DNA of 26,892 bases from assembly GCA_044224875.1 (NCBI GenBank), contig JBGAJQ010000070.1, positions 1 through 26,892 of the forward strand, read 5' to 3'. The stretch is from Gemmatimonadaceae bacterium. Lineage in GTDB: Bacteria; Gemmatimonadota; Gemmatimonadetes; Gemmatimonadales; Gemmatimonadaceae. Shown here piece after piece: positions 9,352 to 17,739 of this stretch. Under the pieces are notes generated by a model, which saw nothing but the letters and a program-made list of their open reading frames with translations, was not told where the DNA came from and made no database searches. How positions within the stretch are numbered: position 1 is the stretch's first letter; the number at the start of each line of letters is the position of its first letter. Both the position numbers and the translations under genes were made by a program.

Positions 9352-10691
9352 CGCTGATTGGGGTGCGCCCCCAGCCAGCGAGCCAACGCGTCGCTCCCTA
9401 CCGCGCGTCCAAGGCCTCGCGCAGTCCCCGTGTCGGGCGGCGGCTTCTTTGTGGAATCCGCCGCCTTGCGTGACGAGTCGACCGGCGCCGGCTTGGCCGT
9501 CCGGAAGAGTCGGTCGCTCGTGCGCTCACGCTTGAGCAGCGAGCGCATGCCCGAAGCACGCACGCGAAACACCGTGGACGGAGGGAGTGGCTCCGTCAGC
9601 GTCAACAGCACATCGGCCGAAGGTACGGCGATCTTGATCTTCTGGGCCTCACGGCGCGTCACGGTGTCGGCCTGTGCGGAATCACGTCCCGCGGGTCGTT
9701 TGACGGCCGGACGATCGATCTTCGCGTTCACTCGCGCGCTATCCGCGCGCCGCGTCGAATCCGCCTTCGCCGCCGCCGCCAGCGAGTCCTTCACATGCTT
9801 CGCCTGGAGGGAATCCGCCACCAGCTTGTCGAAGGCACGCTGGGTAATGGCTCGGACGATTGGTACGTTGCTGGAATCTGCCCGTTTGATCGAGAAGAGC
9901 GCCGGCGTAATGACGAGTGACGTGTCCAGCGGATGGTCGAACGTCACGCGAAGGGTGAGGCTATCCTTCACGGTCACGCCGGTGATATTCGGCCCGAGCG
10001 TGTCGTGAACGAACGCATAGAGGAATCCGTGCAAGGAGCCGTTGAGCGTGACGGTGCTGGTGTCGAAGAGCTCCCGCGGATCCAGCCGACGATTGCGATT
10101 CTGGTCCAGGATGCCACGCAGCAAATACTTCCCGTTGGGCAGGTGTCCCACGACGAATTCACCGAGTGAGTCGGCGCTGCTCACATAGTGCAGGGAATCG
10201 GGGAGGGAAATGGCCTCGACCAGCGCGCGTGGTGCGACCTTGCCGTTGGGCCAGTCGTAGAGGACACCCGAGATGCGACCCTGTGCGATCGTGGAACCGG
10301 TCGAAAACACAAGCTCAAGTCCGGTCGAGTCCACGTTCCCATCCAGGTCGGTCAGCCCCGGAAGCATCGTTAGGGTGTAGGTGGTGTTCGGGCGATAGCC
10401 GCCGCGCGGACGGACCTCCAACGTCTTCCGATGCCAGGACACCGATGGTTCGCCGATGCTTGGTGAGATCAGGAAGAGGCCGGCCAGTGTTGATGCACCT
10501 TGTGGTCGCTCACTGACCACGTCGTCGAACTGCAGCGTGACTGCCCCGGCGCGCACGTTGACGGCATCGGTGTCCGGTCGGATGCGGAGGAGCTTTGGTG
10601 GGTTGTCGTCAGGCGGCCCGCCGGGTGGGGCGCCTGTCTGCGCGCACCCCACCGTAAGAACCGCGACGATCGGCAGGATCAGGTGCCGCAC
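9348..10691 (-). CDS. Ig-like (Big_5-type) domain lipoprotein
   Basis: Start trimmed to GTG 10691, overlapping the valS stop; stop overlaps the selA start (ATGA). Signal RHLILPIVAVLTVG-C then CAQTGAPPGGPPDDNPP; VTLQFDD, RPNTTYTL...TDLDGN, LPNGKYLL...DQNRNRRLD. Confidence 0.85.
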   Translation of the reverse strand: MRHLILPIVAVLTVGCAQTGAPPGGPPDDNPPKLLRIRPDTDAVNVRAGAVTLQFDDVVSERPQGASTLAGLFLISPSIGEPSVSWHRKTLEVRPRGGYRPNTTYTLTMLPGLTDLDGNVDSTGLELVFSTGSTIAQGRISGVLYDWPNGKVAPRALVEAISLPDSLHYVSSADSLGEFVVGHLPNGKYLLRGILDQNRNRRLDPRELFDTSTVTLNGSLHGFLYAFVHDTLGPNITGVTVKDSLTLRVTFDHPLDTSLVITPALFSIKRADSSNVPIVRAITQRAFDKLVADSLQAKHVKDSLAAAAKADSTRRADSARVNAKIDRPAVKRPAGRDSAQADTVTRREAQKIKIAVPSADVLLTLTEPLPPSTVFRVRASGMRSLLKRERTSDRLFRTAKPAPVDSSRKAADSTKKPPPDTGTARGLGRAVGSDALARWLGAHPNQR

Positions 10692-13444
10692 AGCGCGCCG
10701 ACTTTGGTGTGGAGCTGCGTGCGCCGGGTGGTCCACTCGGCTTCCTTGCGACGCTCCGCTTCCACGACCTCCGGCTTGGCTCGTGAGACGAAGCTCTCGT
10801 TCGCAAGCCGGGCGCGGAGCCCGTCCAACTGCTTGTCCAGCTGCGACAACTCGGCGCGAAGCCGGGCGCATTCCTTGTCCAGGTCGATCGCTCCCGCCAG
10901 CGGCAACACCACTTCTGTCCCGTCCGACAATACGTGGTGCGCAGCCGCCTCGCCAACCGGCGGAGCCGACACCGACACATCGCAGCGGGTGAGACGGCCA
11001 ATCAAGAGTGCTTCACTCTCACACGTCGGGCGGGAGGCCGCGGTGGGCGCCAGGAACACCGCGAGCTGCTTACCCGGTGGGATCGCGTAGTCGGCACGCA
11101 GTTGGCGAATGGCGGTCACCGCCTCGCGCACGACTTCAAAGGCCGACCCGCCGGGCCGCACGCCTCGCGCGACGGGCCACGATGCCGTCGGCAGGAATTC
11201 CGCCGCCAGACGCCCGGGGAGGCGTTGCCACAGCACGTCGGTCACAAACGGCACGATCGGCTGCAACAAGCGGAGCGCATGGTCAAACGCATGCACCAAC
11301 ACGGCGCGAGCCGTCTCGCGATCGTCACCCTCGGACGCCAGGCGCCCCTTCACGGATTCCAGGTACCAGTCGGCAAGCTCACTCCACACGAAGCCGCGTG
11401 CGGCCTCCGTATACTCGTTCAGCCGCAGTCCTGCGAAACGTTGTGTGTCCTCCCACTGGCCGTTCGCCGGTCGCGAGGGACCTAACGCGGCGTTGCACGC
11501 GGCAATCGCCGCATTCAAGCGCTCGAGGATCCAGCGATCCGCCAGCGTCATTCGTTCGGCGGGGACACGTTCCAGCGAGGTCACCGGCGTCTGCCCCACG
11601 TTCGTCAGCAGGAACCGGCCGATATTCCAGAGCTTGGTGACGAAGTTGCGCCCCGGCGCAAAACTCCGCTCCAGATCGCTTGGGTCGAGAATGGTGTCCG
11701 CGCCCAGGCCCATGCCCGCGATCACCGTGTACCGCAGCGCGTCTGCCCCGTACAGCTGCACCACGTCCAGTGGGTCGATGCCGTTGCCGAGGGACTTCGA
11801 CATCTTCACGTGATTGGTGTCGCGCACCGTGCCGTGCAGGTACACCGTGTGAAATGGCGCCTCGCCCAGGAATGCGAACCCGTTCATGATCATGCGCGCC
11901 ACCCAGAAGAACAGGATCTCGGGCGCGGTGACCAGCAGGTCCGTCGGATAGAACGCTCGCAGGTCAGCACTGTCGTCTGGCCAGCCGAGCGTGGAGAAGG
12001 GCCACAGCCCGGAGGAAAACCAGGTGTCCAGCACGTCTTCGTCCTGACGCACCGACGCGCCGCAGGCCGGACAGCGAACCAGGTCCTCTCGGCTGGCGGT
12101 CGTCTTACCGCACTCGTCGCAGTACCAGACCGGGACGCGGTGGCCCCACCACAGCTGGCGTGAGATGTTCCAGTCGCGGATGTTCTCGAGCCAGTTGACG
12201 TAGACAGCCTCCCATCGCTCGGGCAAGATGCGGATCGTACCCTCACGCACCGCCTTGAGTGCCGGCTCCGCCAGCGGCTTCATTTTCACGAACCACTGCT
12301 CGGAGAGGCGCGGCTCGACCACCGTATCGCAACGGTAGCAGTGGCGCACGGAGTGCTTGTGCGGCTCCACCTTCACGAGGTTGCCGCTGTCCTTGAGCAT
12401 CGCGACGATTGCCTCGCGGGCCGCGAGGCGATCGAGCCCGCGAAGGTTCTCGGGAATTCGGCCAGCCGAGTCCATCACCTCCCGCATGATCGCCGTCTCG
12501 TCCATGATGATGGGCATGGCCAGTTGGTGCCGCTGTGCCACCTCGAAGTCGTTAGGGTCGTGCGCCGGCGTGATCTTCACGGCGCCGCTCCCGAATGCGG
12601 GATCCGAGTACTCGTCGCCAACGATCGGAATCTCGACGTTGGCGATTGGGAGGAGCACGGTGCGCCCGATCAGGTCCGCATAACGAGGGTCGGCGGGATT
12701 GACGGCGACGGCCACGTCACCAAGCATCGTTTCCGGTCGCGTGGTTGCCACCACCACATGGTCGATCGGGTCCTTTGGGCGAACGCTGGTGAGCGGATAT
12801 GAGATGTGATACAGCCTGCCCATCGTCTCATGGTGCTCCGCTTCCTCGTCGGACAGCGAGGTGAGGCAGCGAGGGCACCAGTGAATCACGCGATGTCCGC
12901 GATAGATCAAGCCACGCTCATACAATCGCACGAACGCCTCGCGCACCGCGCGCGAGAGGGCGGGGGACAGCGTGTACGCCGTCCTCGTCCAGTCGGCAGA
13001 TGCACCAATCGCTCGCAGCTGACCGAGGATGGCGCCCCCCGTTTCGTTCACGTAGGACACGGTGCGGGCGACGAACGCCTCACGACCAATGTCGAAGCGC
13101 GTCTTCCCCTCCTTCTGGAGGAGCTTCTCCACCATGTTTTGCGTGGCTATGCCCGCGTGGTCGGTCCCTGGCACCCACAGCGTTTCATCGCCTTGCATCC
13201 GTCGCCAGCGAGCCACCACGTCCTGCACCGTGTTGTTGAGGCCGTGGCCCATATGGAGAACAGCCGTCACATTCGGCGGCGGCATCATGATCACGTATGG
13301 GGTGCGCGGTCCTCCCACACGCGATGAACGCTCTGCTTTCGCGGTGAATAGCCCCGCCGCCTCCCATCGTTGGTAGGTCGGCTCTTCGAATGCCGACGGG
13401 TCATACTGGGGCGGCAGATCGTCTGGATGTTTCTGCTCGGTCAT
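10679..13444 (-). CDS. valS: Valyl-tRNA synthetase
   Basis: PPPNVT..LHMGH, PGTDHAGIATQ, ATTRPETMLGD, DWNISRQLWWGH, DEDVLDTWFSS, KMSKS, C-terminal coiled coil. Confidence 0.98.
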   Translation of the reverse strand: MTEQKHPDDLPPQYDPSAFEEPTYQRWEAAGLFTAKAERSSRVGGPRTPYVIMMPPPNVTAVLHMGHGLNNTVQDVVARWRRMQGDETLWVPGTDHAGIATQNMVEKLLQKEGKTRFDIGREAFVARTVSYVNETGGAILGQLRAIGASADWTRTAYTLSPALSRAVREAFVRLYERGLIYRGHRVIHWCPRCLTSLSDEEAEHHETMGRLYHISYPLTSVRPKDPIDHVVVATTRPETMLGDVAVAVNPADPRYADLIGRTVLLPIANVEIPIVGDEYSDPAFGSGAVKITPAHDPNDFEVAQRHQLAMPIIMDETAIMREVMDSAGRIPENLRGLDRLAAREAIVAMLKDSGNLVKVEPHKHSVRHCYRCDTVVEPRLSEQWFVKMKPLAEPALKAVREGTIRILPERWEAVYVNWLENIRDWNISRQLWWGHRVPVWYCDECGKTTASREDLVRCPACGASVRQDEDVLDTWFSSGLWPFSTLGWPDDSADLRAFYPTDLLVTAPEILFFWVARMIMNGFAFLGEAPFHTVYLHGTVRDTNHVKMSKSLGNGIDPLDVVQLYGADALRYTVIAGMGLGADTILDPSDLERSFAPGRNFVTKLWNIGRFLLTNVGQTPVTSLERVPAERMTLADRWILERLNAAIAACNAALGPSRPANGQWEDTQRFAGLRLNEYTEAARGFVWSELADWYLESVKGRLASEGDDRETARAVLVHAFDHALRLLQPIVPFVTDVLWQRLPGRLAAEFLPTASWPVARGVRPGGSAFEVVREAVTAIRQLRADYAIPPGKQLAVFLAPTAASRPTCESEALLIGRLTRCDVSVSAPPVGEAAAHHVLSDGTEVVLPLAGAIDLDKECARLRAELSQLDKQLDGLRARLANESFVSRAKPEVVEAERRKEAEWTTRRTQLHTKVGALCGT

Positions 13445-13452
13445 AGCGAATT

Positions 13453-13526
13453 AAAATAAGCTGCCGTGCCAACGGTGAGGCAGTGCGTTGGACGCAATGG
13501 CGTAGGCCCATAGGCCACGATAACTT
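13453..13526. promoter_or_regulatory. Divergent promoter region with two TANNNT elements
   Basis: TATTTT (minus, 13453-13458) lies 8 nt before the valS ATG; TAACTT (plus, 13521-13526) lies 7 nt before GTG 13534. Confidence 0.45.
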
Positions 13527-13533
13527 GCGCAGT

Positions 13534-13683
13534 GTGAGCTCGAGCGTCCCGCCGTCTGATCGCCGATCCCCGCGTTGGCGCGTCATCGCCCTGCTGTTGA
13601 TCCTCGTTGTGATCATCCTCGGCGTCGCGCTGGCCCTCCGGTTTGGCGGGCGTGCGACCCCGTTGCTCGATGTCGCCTCCTGA
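13534..13683 (+). CDS. Small single-pass membrane protein (49 aa), unknown function
   Basis: MSSSVPPSDRRSPRWRVIALLLILVVIILGVALALRFGGRATPLLDVAS: basic patch then about 20 hydrophobic residues; fills the valS-thrS gap; -10-like hexamer just upstream. Alternative start 13483. Confidence 0.7.
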   Translation: MSSSVPPSDRRSPRWRVIALLLILVVIILGVALALRFGGRATPLLDVAS

Positions 13684-13717
13684 GCATTCAACTCGTACCC
13701 TCGATCCCTTCCTTCCC

Positions 13718-15649
13718 GTGTCCGACTCGTCAGGCAGCCTCGTTCTCGTACTTCCAGACGGTGCCACTCGTGAGGTTCCGGCAGGGACACCGCCCCGGGA
13801 CGTCGTGGCCTCGATTGGCGAACGGTTGCTGAAGGCGGCCGTCGCCGTCACCGTGGATGGCGAGGTCGTGGACCTGGGGACGCCCCTTCGAAAAGGCGGG
13901 AAGTTTCGCGTACTCACGGATCGCGATCCGGAGTCGCTGGCAGTGCTTCGGCACTCCGGGGCGCACATTCTGGCGACGGCGGTTCGACGCTTGCGCCCTG
14001 ACGCGAAGATCGGGTTCGGCCCGGCGATCGATGACGGGTTTTACTACGACTTTGAGGTCGAGCACCCGTTCACGCCGGAAGACGTGGCCTCCTTCGAAGC
14101 CGAGATGAAGAAGGTGGTGGCCGAGAAGTATCCCTTTGTGCGTGAAGAGATCGACCGGCCCGAGGCGCTGCGCCGGTTTGCAGACGATCCGCTCAAACTG
14201 GAGCGCATCGAAGACTTGGGCGCCGACGAGATCATTTCGACCTATACGGACGGCCCGTTCATCGATCTGTGTCGCGGACCGCACGTACCGGATACGTCAT
14301 ATCTCAAGCACTTCAAGTTGTTGCACACGGCGGGGGCATACTGGCGCGGCGACGAGAAGCGGCAGATGCTGCAACGCATCTACGCCACGGCTTGGTGGAA
14401 AAAGGACGACCTGGACGCGTACCTGCATCGGATCGAAGAGGCCAAGCGACGCGACCACCGGAAGCTGGGGCGCGAGTTGGACCTGTTCATGCTGCACCCG
14501 TTTGCGCCGGGCGCGGTGTTCTGGACGGAGAAGGGGACCACGATCTACAACCTCCTGAACGACTACATCCGGGAGCGGCAGCGCGAGTCGTTTGTGGAGA
14601 TCAAGACGCCACTGCTCTACAACAAGGGGTTGTGGGAGCAGTCTGGCCACTGGGGGAAGTACCGCGAGAACATGTTCCTGGTGCTCGACAACGAGACCGG
14701 GGAGCACGACATCTCGCTCAAGCCGATGAACTGCCCGTCGCACTACCTGCTGTACAACGGCAAGAAGCATTCGTATCGCGAACTTCCGCTGCGCTACGTG
14801 ACGTTCGACGTCCTGCACCGGAACGAACTCACGGGCGCGTTGTCCGGGCTGACGCGCGTGCGGCAGTTTGCGCAGGACGACTGTCACGTGTTCCTGATGG
14901 AAAGCCAGATCGCCCAGGAAGTCCGTTTTCTCATGGACTTTATCCTGGGATACTACCAGTCGTTTGGGCTGACGGCGCGCGTCAAGTTTGCCACGCGACC
15001 AGAGCAACGTATCGGCTCGGATGAGTTGTGGGACCGCGCCGAGGCGGGGCTGCGTGCGGCACTGGAGGCGACCGGCATGCCATACGAACTGAAGCCGGGC
15101 GATGGTGCGTTCTACGGGCCGAAGATCGACTTCGACGTGCTCGACGCGTTAGGCCGCGCCTGGCAACTGGGCACGATCCAGCTCGACTACGCCGCGCCAG
15201 AACGCTTTGACCTTCAGTATGTGGGCGAAGACAACACCTTGCATCGCCCCGTCGTCATTCACCGCGCCGTGAGCGGGTCGCTGGAACGATTCATCGCCAT
15301 CCTGATCGAGCACTTCGCCGGCGCGTTCCCCGTGTGGCTTGCACCCGAGCAGGTACGCGTGCTCCCCATCTCCGACGACCTCACGGAGCCAGCGAGACAG
15401 GTGGTATCGACACTCTCGCGGGCCGGCATCCGTTGCCACTTGGACACGCACGACACCTTGAACTATCGGATTCGTGAGGCCGAGCTGCAGAAGGTGCCGT
15501 ACATGGCGGTGATCGGAAAGCGCGAGGCGGAGGCCGGAACGGTCGCCGTCCGCGTGCGTGGTGAAGGGAAGAAGCAGGAGATCCTTTCGGTCGACGCGTT
15601 CTGCGCGCGGGTGGTTGAACAGGTAAGGACTCGCTCCCTGTCCGTCTAG
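13718..15649 (+). CDS. thrS: Threonyl-tRNA synthetase
   Basis: Start trimmed to GTG 13718. TGS domain LPDG, RHSGAHIL, GPAIDDGFYYDF, DLCRGPHVP, RDHRKLG, KPMNCP, GAFYGPKID, VIHRA, anticodon-binding domain. Confidence 0.98.
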   Translation: MSDSSGSLVLVLPDGATREVPAGTPPRDVVASIGERLLKAAVAVTVDGEVVDLGTPLRKGGKFRVLTDRDPESLAVLRHSGAHILATAVRRLRPDAKIGFGPAIDDGFYYDFEVEHPFTPEDVASFEAEMKKVVAEKYPFVREEIDRPEALRRFADDPLKLERIEDLGADEIISTYTDGPFIDLCRGPHVPDTSYLKHFKLLHTAGAYWRGDEKRQMLQRIYATAWWKKDDLDAYLHRIEEAKRRDHRKLGRELDLFMLHPFAPGAVFWTEKGTTIYNLLNDYIRERQRESFVEIKTPLLYNKGLWEQSGHWGKYRENMFLVLDNETGEHDISLKPMNCPSHYLLYNGKKHSYRELPLRYVTFDVLHRNELTGALSGLTRVRQFAQDDCHVFLMESQIAQEVRFLMDFILGYYQSFGLTARVKFATRPEQRIGSDELWDRAEAGLRAALEATGMPYELKPGDGAFYGPKIDFDVLDALGRAWQLGTIQLDYAAPERFDLQYVGEDNTLHRPVVIHRAVSGSLERFIAILIEHFAGAFPVWLAPEQVRVLPISDDLTEPARQVVSTLSRAGIRCHLDTHDTLNYRIREAELQKVPYMAVIGKREAEAGTVAVRVRGEGKKQEILSVDAFCARVVEQVRTRSLSV

Positions 15650-15792
15650 CGGGGCGTTGGACGTTGGTGAGCGCCTAACAGGAACTCAGTTTCGCCGACC
15701 GCCATCCCGCGCGGTCGTCTCGCGTCCCCACCAACCATTCGCGGTTCCGTGGGTGTCCCACTACCTTGACGCAGACTCTCGGGGGGGGCGCG

Positions 15793-17739
15793 ATGAAGGT
15801 GAACCCTGGCCTAGTGGTGATGGCGGCGGTGCTGCTCGCCAGTTGCCGCACGACGCTCAAGCTGGCCAAAGACGATTCCAACCTCGTCCTCGCGCGGCAG
15901 GAGCTGGCCGCTCCGAATCCGTCCCAGAAGGGGACGTTCACCGTGCGGACCCTCTACTATGGAAGTGGCACGGACAAACGTCGCCCGTACTTCCGTGACT
16001 CGGTGACGATCAAGACGAGCACGGTCGATGGTAGCAAGTTCGCCAGCGCTCCCGACAAGGACCAGGAGAAGATCCGCCAGAAATATTGGGGCTTCGATTT
16101 CAAGAAGCTCCCGGTGAATGGTCGCGTATGGTATCCAGACGGCAACGGCCCATTTCCACTGGTGCTGATTGTCCACGGAAACCACAACATGAAGGACTTC
16201 TCCGACCCCGGATACGGATACCTCGGCGAACTCCTGGCGTCGCGTGGTTTCATTCTCGTTAGCGTGGACGAAAACTTCCTGAACGGCTTCATGCGCGGGG
16301 AGAACGACGCGCGTGGCTGGATGTTGCTGAAGCACCTGGAGCGTTGGCGAGCGTGGAACGACTCGTCAGGCGGACCGTTCGCTCACAAGGTGGACATGGC
16401 GAACATCGCCCTCATGGGGCACTCGCGTGGCGGCGAGGCCGTGGCCGTGGCCGGCGCGTTCAACAGGTTGAGCCATTACCCAGACGATGCCAACGTGAAG
16501 TTCGACTTCAACTTTGGCATCAAGTCACTGGTGGCGATTGCACCTGTCGACGGCCAGTATCGGCCAGCCGACAAGCCGACGCCGCTCAGCAACTACAACT
16601 ATTTCCTCATTCACGGATCGCACGACGGCGACGTCTCCAACTTCTCCGGGCTTTCGCAGTATGAGCGCGTCCAGTACACGGACCACGAGCCACGCTTCAA
16701 GGCTGCCATCTGGATGTACCGTGCCAATCACGGACAGTGGAACACCGTCTGGAACAACAAGGACAACGGACCTCGCAGCGACCGCTTTCTGGACCTCCGT
16801 GGGTTGATTCAACCGGAGGAGCAGCGACGGTTCGCCGAGGTGTACATCACCGCGTTCCTGGAAGCCACCCTGCGTGGCCGGCGTGAGTACCTCCCCATGT
16901 TTCGCGACCACCGTGTGGTCGGGCAATGGCTGCCCAAGACGATGTACGTCACGCGCTTTCAGGAGAGCGAGTTCCAGAAGGCGGCGGACTTTGAGGAGGA
17001 CGTAGACGTAACGACCGGTAGCGCGCCGGGCGTCACCCTGAGTGGGGACTCCCTCGCCACATGGAAGGAAGCGACCGTTCCCTTTCGAACGCGCAATTCC
17101 AACATGGGTCACAATGCCGTATGGCTGGGGTGGAGCAATCGCGTGGCCGGTCCCGACACCACCAAGCGCGCCCAGCCCGCCAGCTTCACCATCACTATTT
17201 CCGATTCCCTGCGCAGCGCCTGGCAGGTGGATTCGTCGGCGGTGCTAGTCTTCTCGCTGGCGCCAACGGATGCCACCCCCGGACCGCGCCAACCAGCGAA
17301 GGACACGACACAGAAATCAGACAGCACTCAGAAGAAGAAGCCTGACCGGAAAAAGCCGGAGCCCAAAGCCAAACCCGATTCCACACCCTTTGACCTGACG
17401 GTGGAGGCGATCGATGCGGAGGGACACGTGGTTGGGCTCCCCCTCAGCCGATTTGGCGTCGTTCGCCGGCCCCTGGAGTCGTACGTCTACCTTCGCCCCG
17501 GCCGCGACAAACTGCGATTCGCCAACTTGTACGAGCTCGTCCTGCAAACGTACACGATTCCGTTGCGCGACTTTGCCGACGCGGGGCCTACTATGAACCT
17601 CAATCGGCTCCAACGCATTCGCTTGCGATTCGATCGCACGCTGGCTGGAACCGTGGTGCTCGACAATATCGGCTTCTCGCGCATGCGCCGGGAATTCCTT
17701 GCTGCGTCCGCAGCGACGCATGGAGGACCCGCGCGATGA
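15793..17739 (+). CDS. Alpha/beta-hydrolase lipoprotein with C-terminal beta-rich domain
   Basis: ATG 15793 after a G8 run; lipobox LLAS-C; GPFPLVLIVHGNH, nucleophile elbow GHSRGG, HGSHDGDV (Asp), ANHGQWN (His). Confidence 0.85.
   Translation: MKVNPGLVVMAAVLLASCRTTLKLAKDDSNLVLARQELAAPNPSQKGTFTVRTLYYGSGTDKRRPYFRDSVTIKTSTVDGSKFASAPDKDQEKIRQKYWGFDFKKLPVNGRVWYPDGNGPFPLVLIVHGNHNMKDFSDPGYGYLGELLASRGFILVSVDENFLNGFMRGENDARGWMLLKHLERWRAWNDSSGGPFAHKVDMANIALMGHSRGGEAVAVAGAFNRLSHYPDDANVKFDFNFGIKSLVAIAPVDGQYRPADKPTPLSNYNYFLIHGSHDGDVSNFSGLSQYERVQYTDHEPRFKAAIWMYRANHGQWNTVWNNKDNGPRSDRFLDLRGLIQPEEQRRFAEVYITAFLEATLRGRREYLPMFRDHRVVGQWLPKTMYVTRFQESEFQKAADFEEDVDVTTGSAPGVTLSGDSLATWKEATVPFRTRNSNMGHNAVWLGWSNRVAGPDTTKRAQPASFTITISDSLRSAWQVDSSAVLVFSLAPTDATPGPRQPAKDTTQKSDSTQKKKPDRKKPEPKAKPDSTPFDLTVEAIDAEGHVVGLPLSRFGVVRRPLESYVYLRPGRDKLRFANLYELVLQTYTIPLRDFADAGPTMNLNRLQRIRLRFDRTLAGTVVLDNIGFSRMRREFLAASAATHGGPAR

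Noticed and set aside
13445..13717. T-box or attenuator between divergent valS and thrS
   Set aside because: No T-box consensus or terminator; the space is filled by a small membrane ORF with a single Thr codon.
15781..15788. G8 homopolymer as a phase-variation tract
   Set aside because: Short, outside the likely CDS and positioned as a ribosome-binding site; unremarkable in GC-rich DNA.
15650..15792. tRNA-Sec or other tRNA in this or the 19249-19462 spacer
   Set aside because: No cloverleaf with T-loop, UCA anticodon arm and acceptor stem could be built on either strand.
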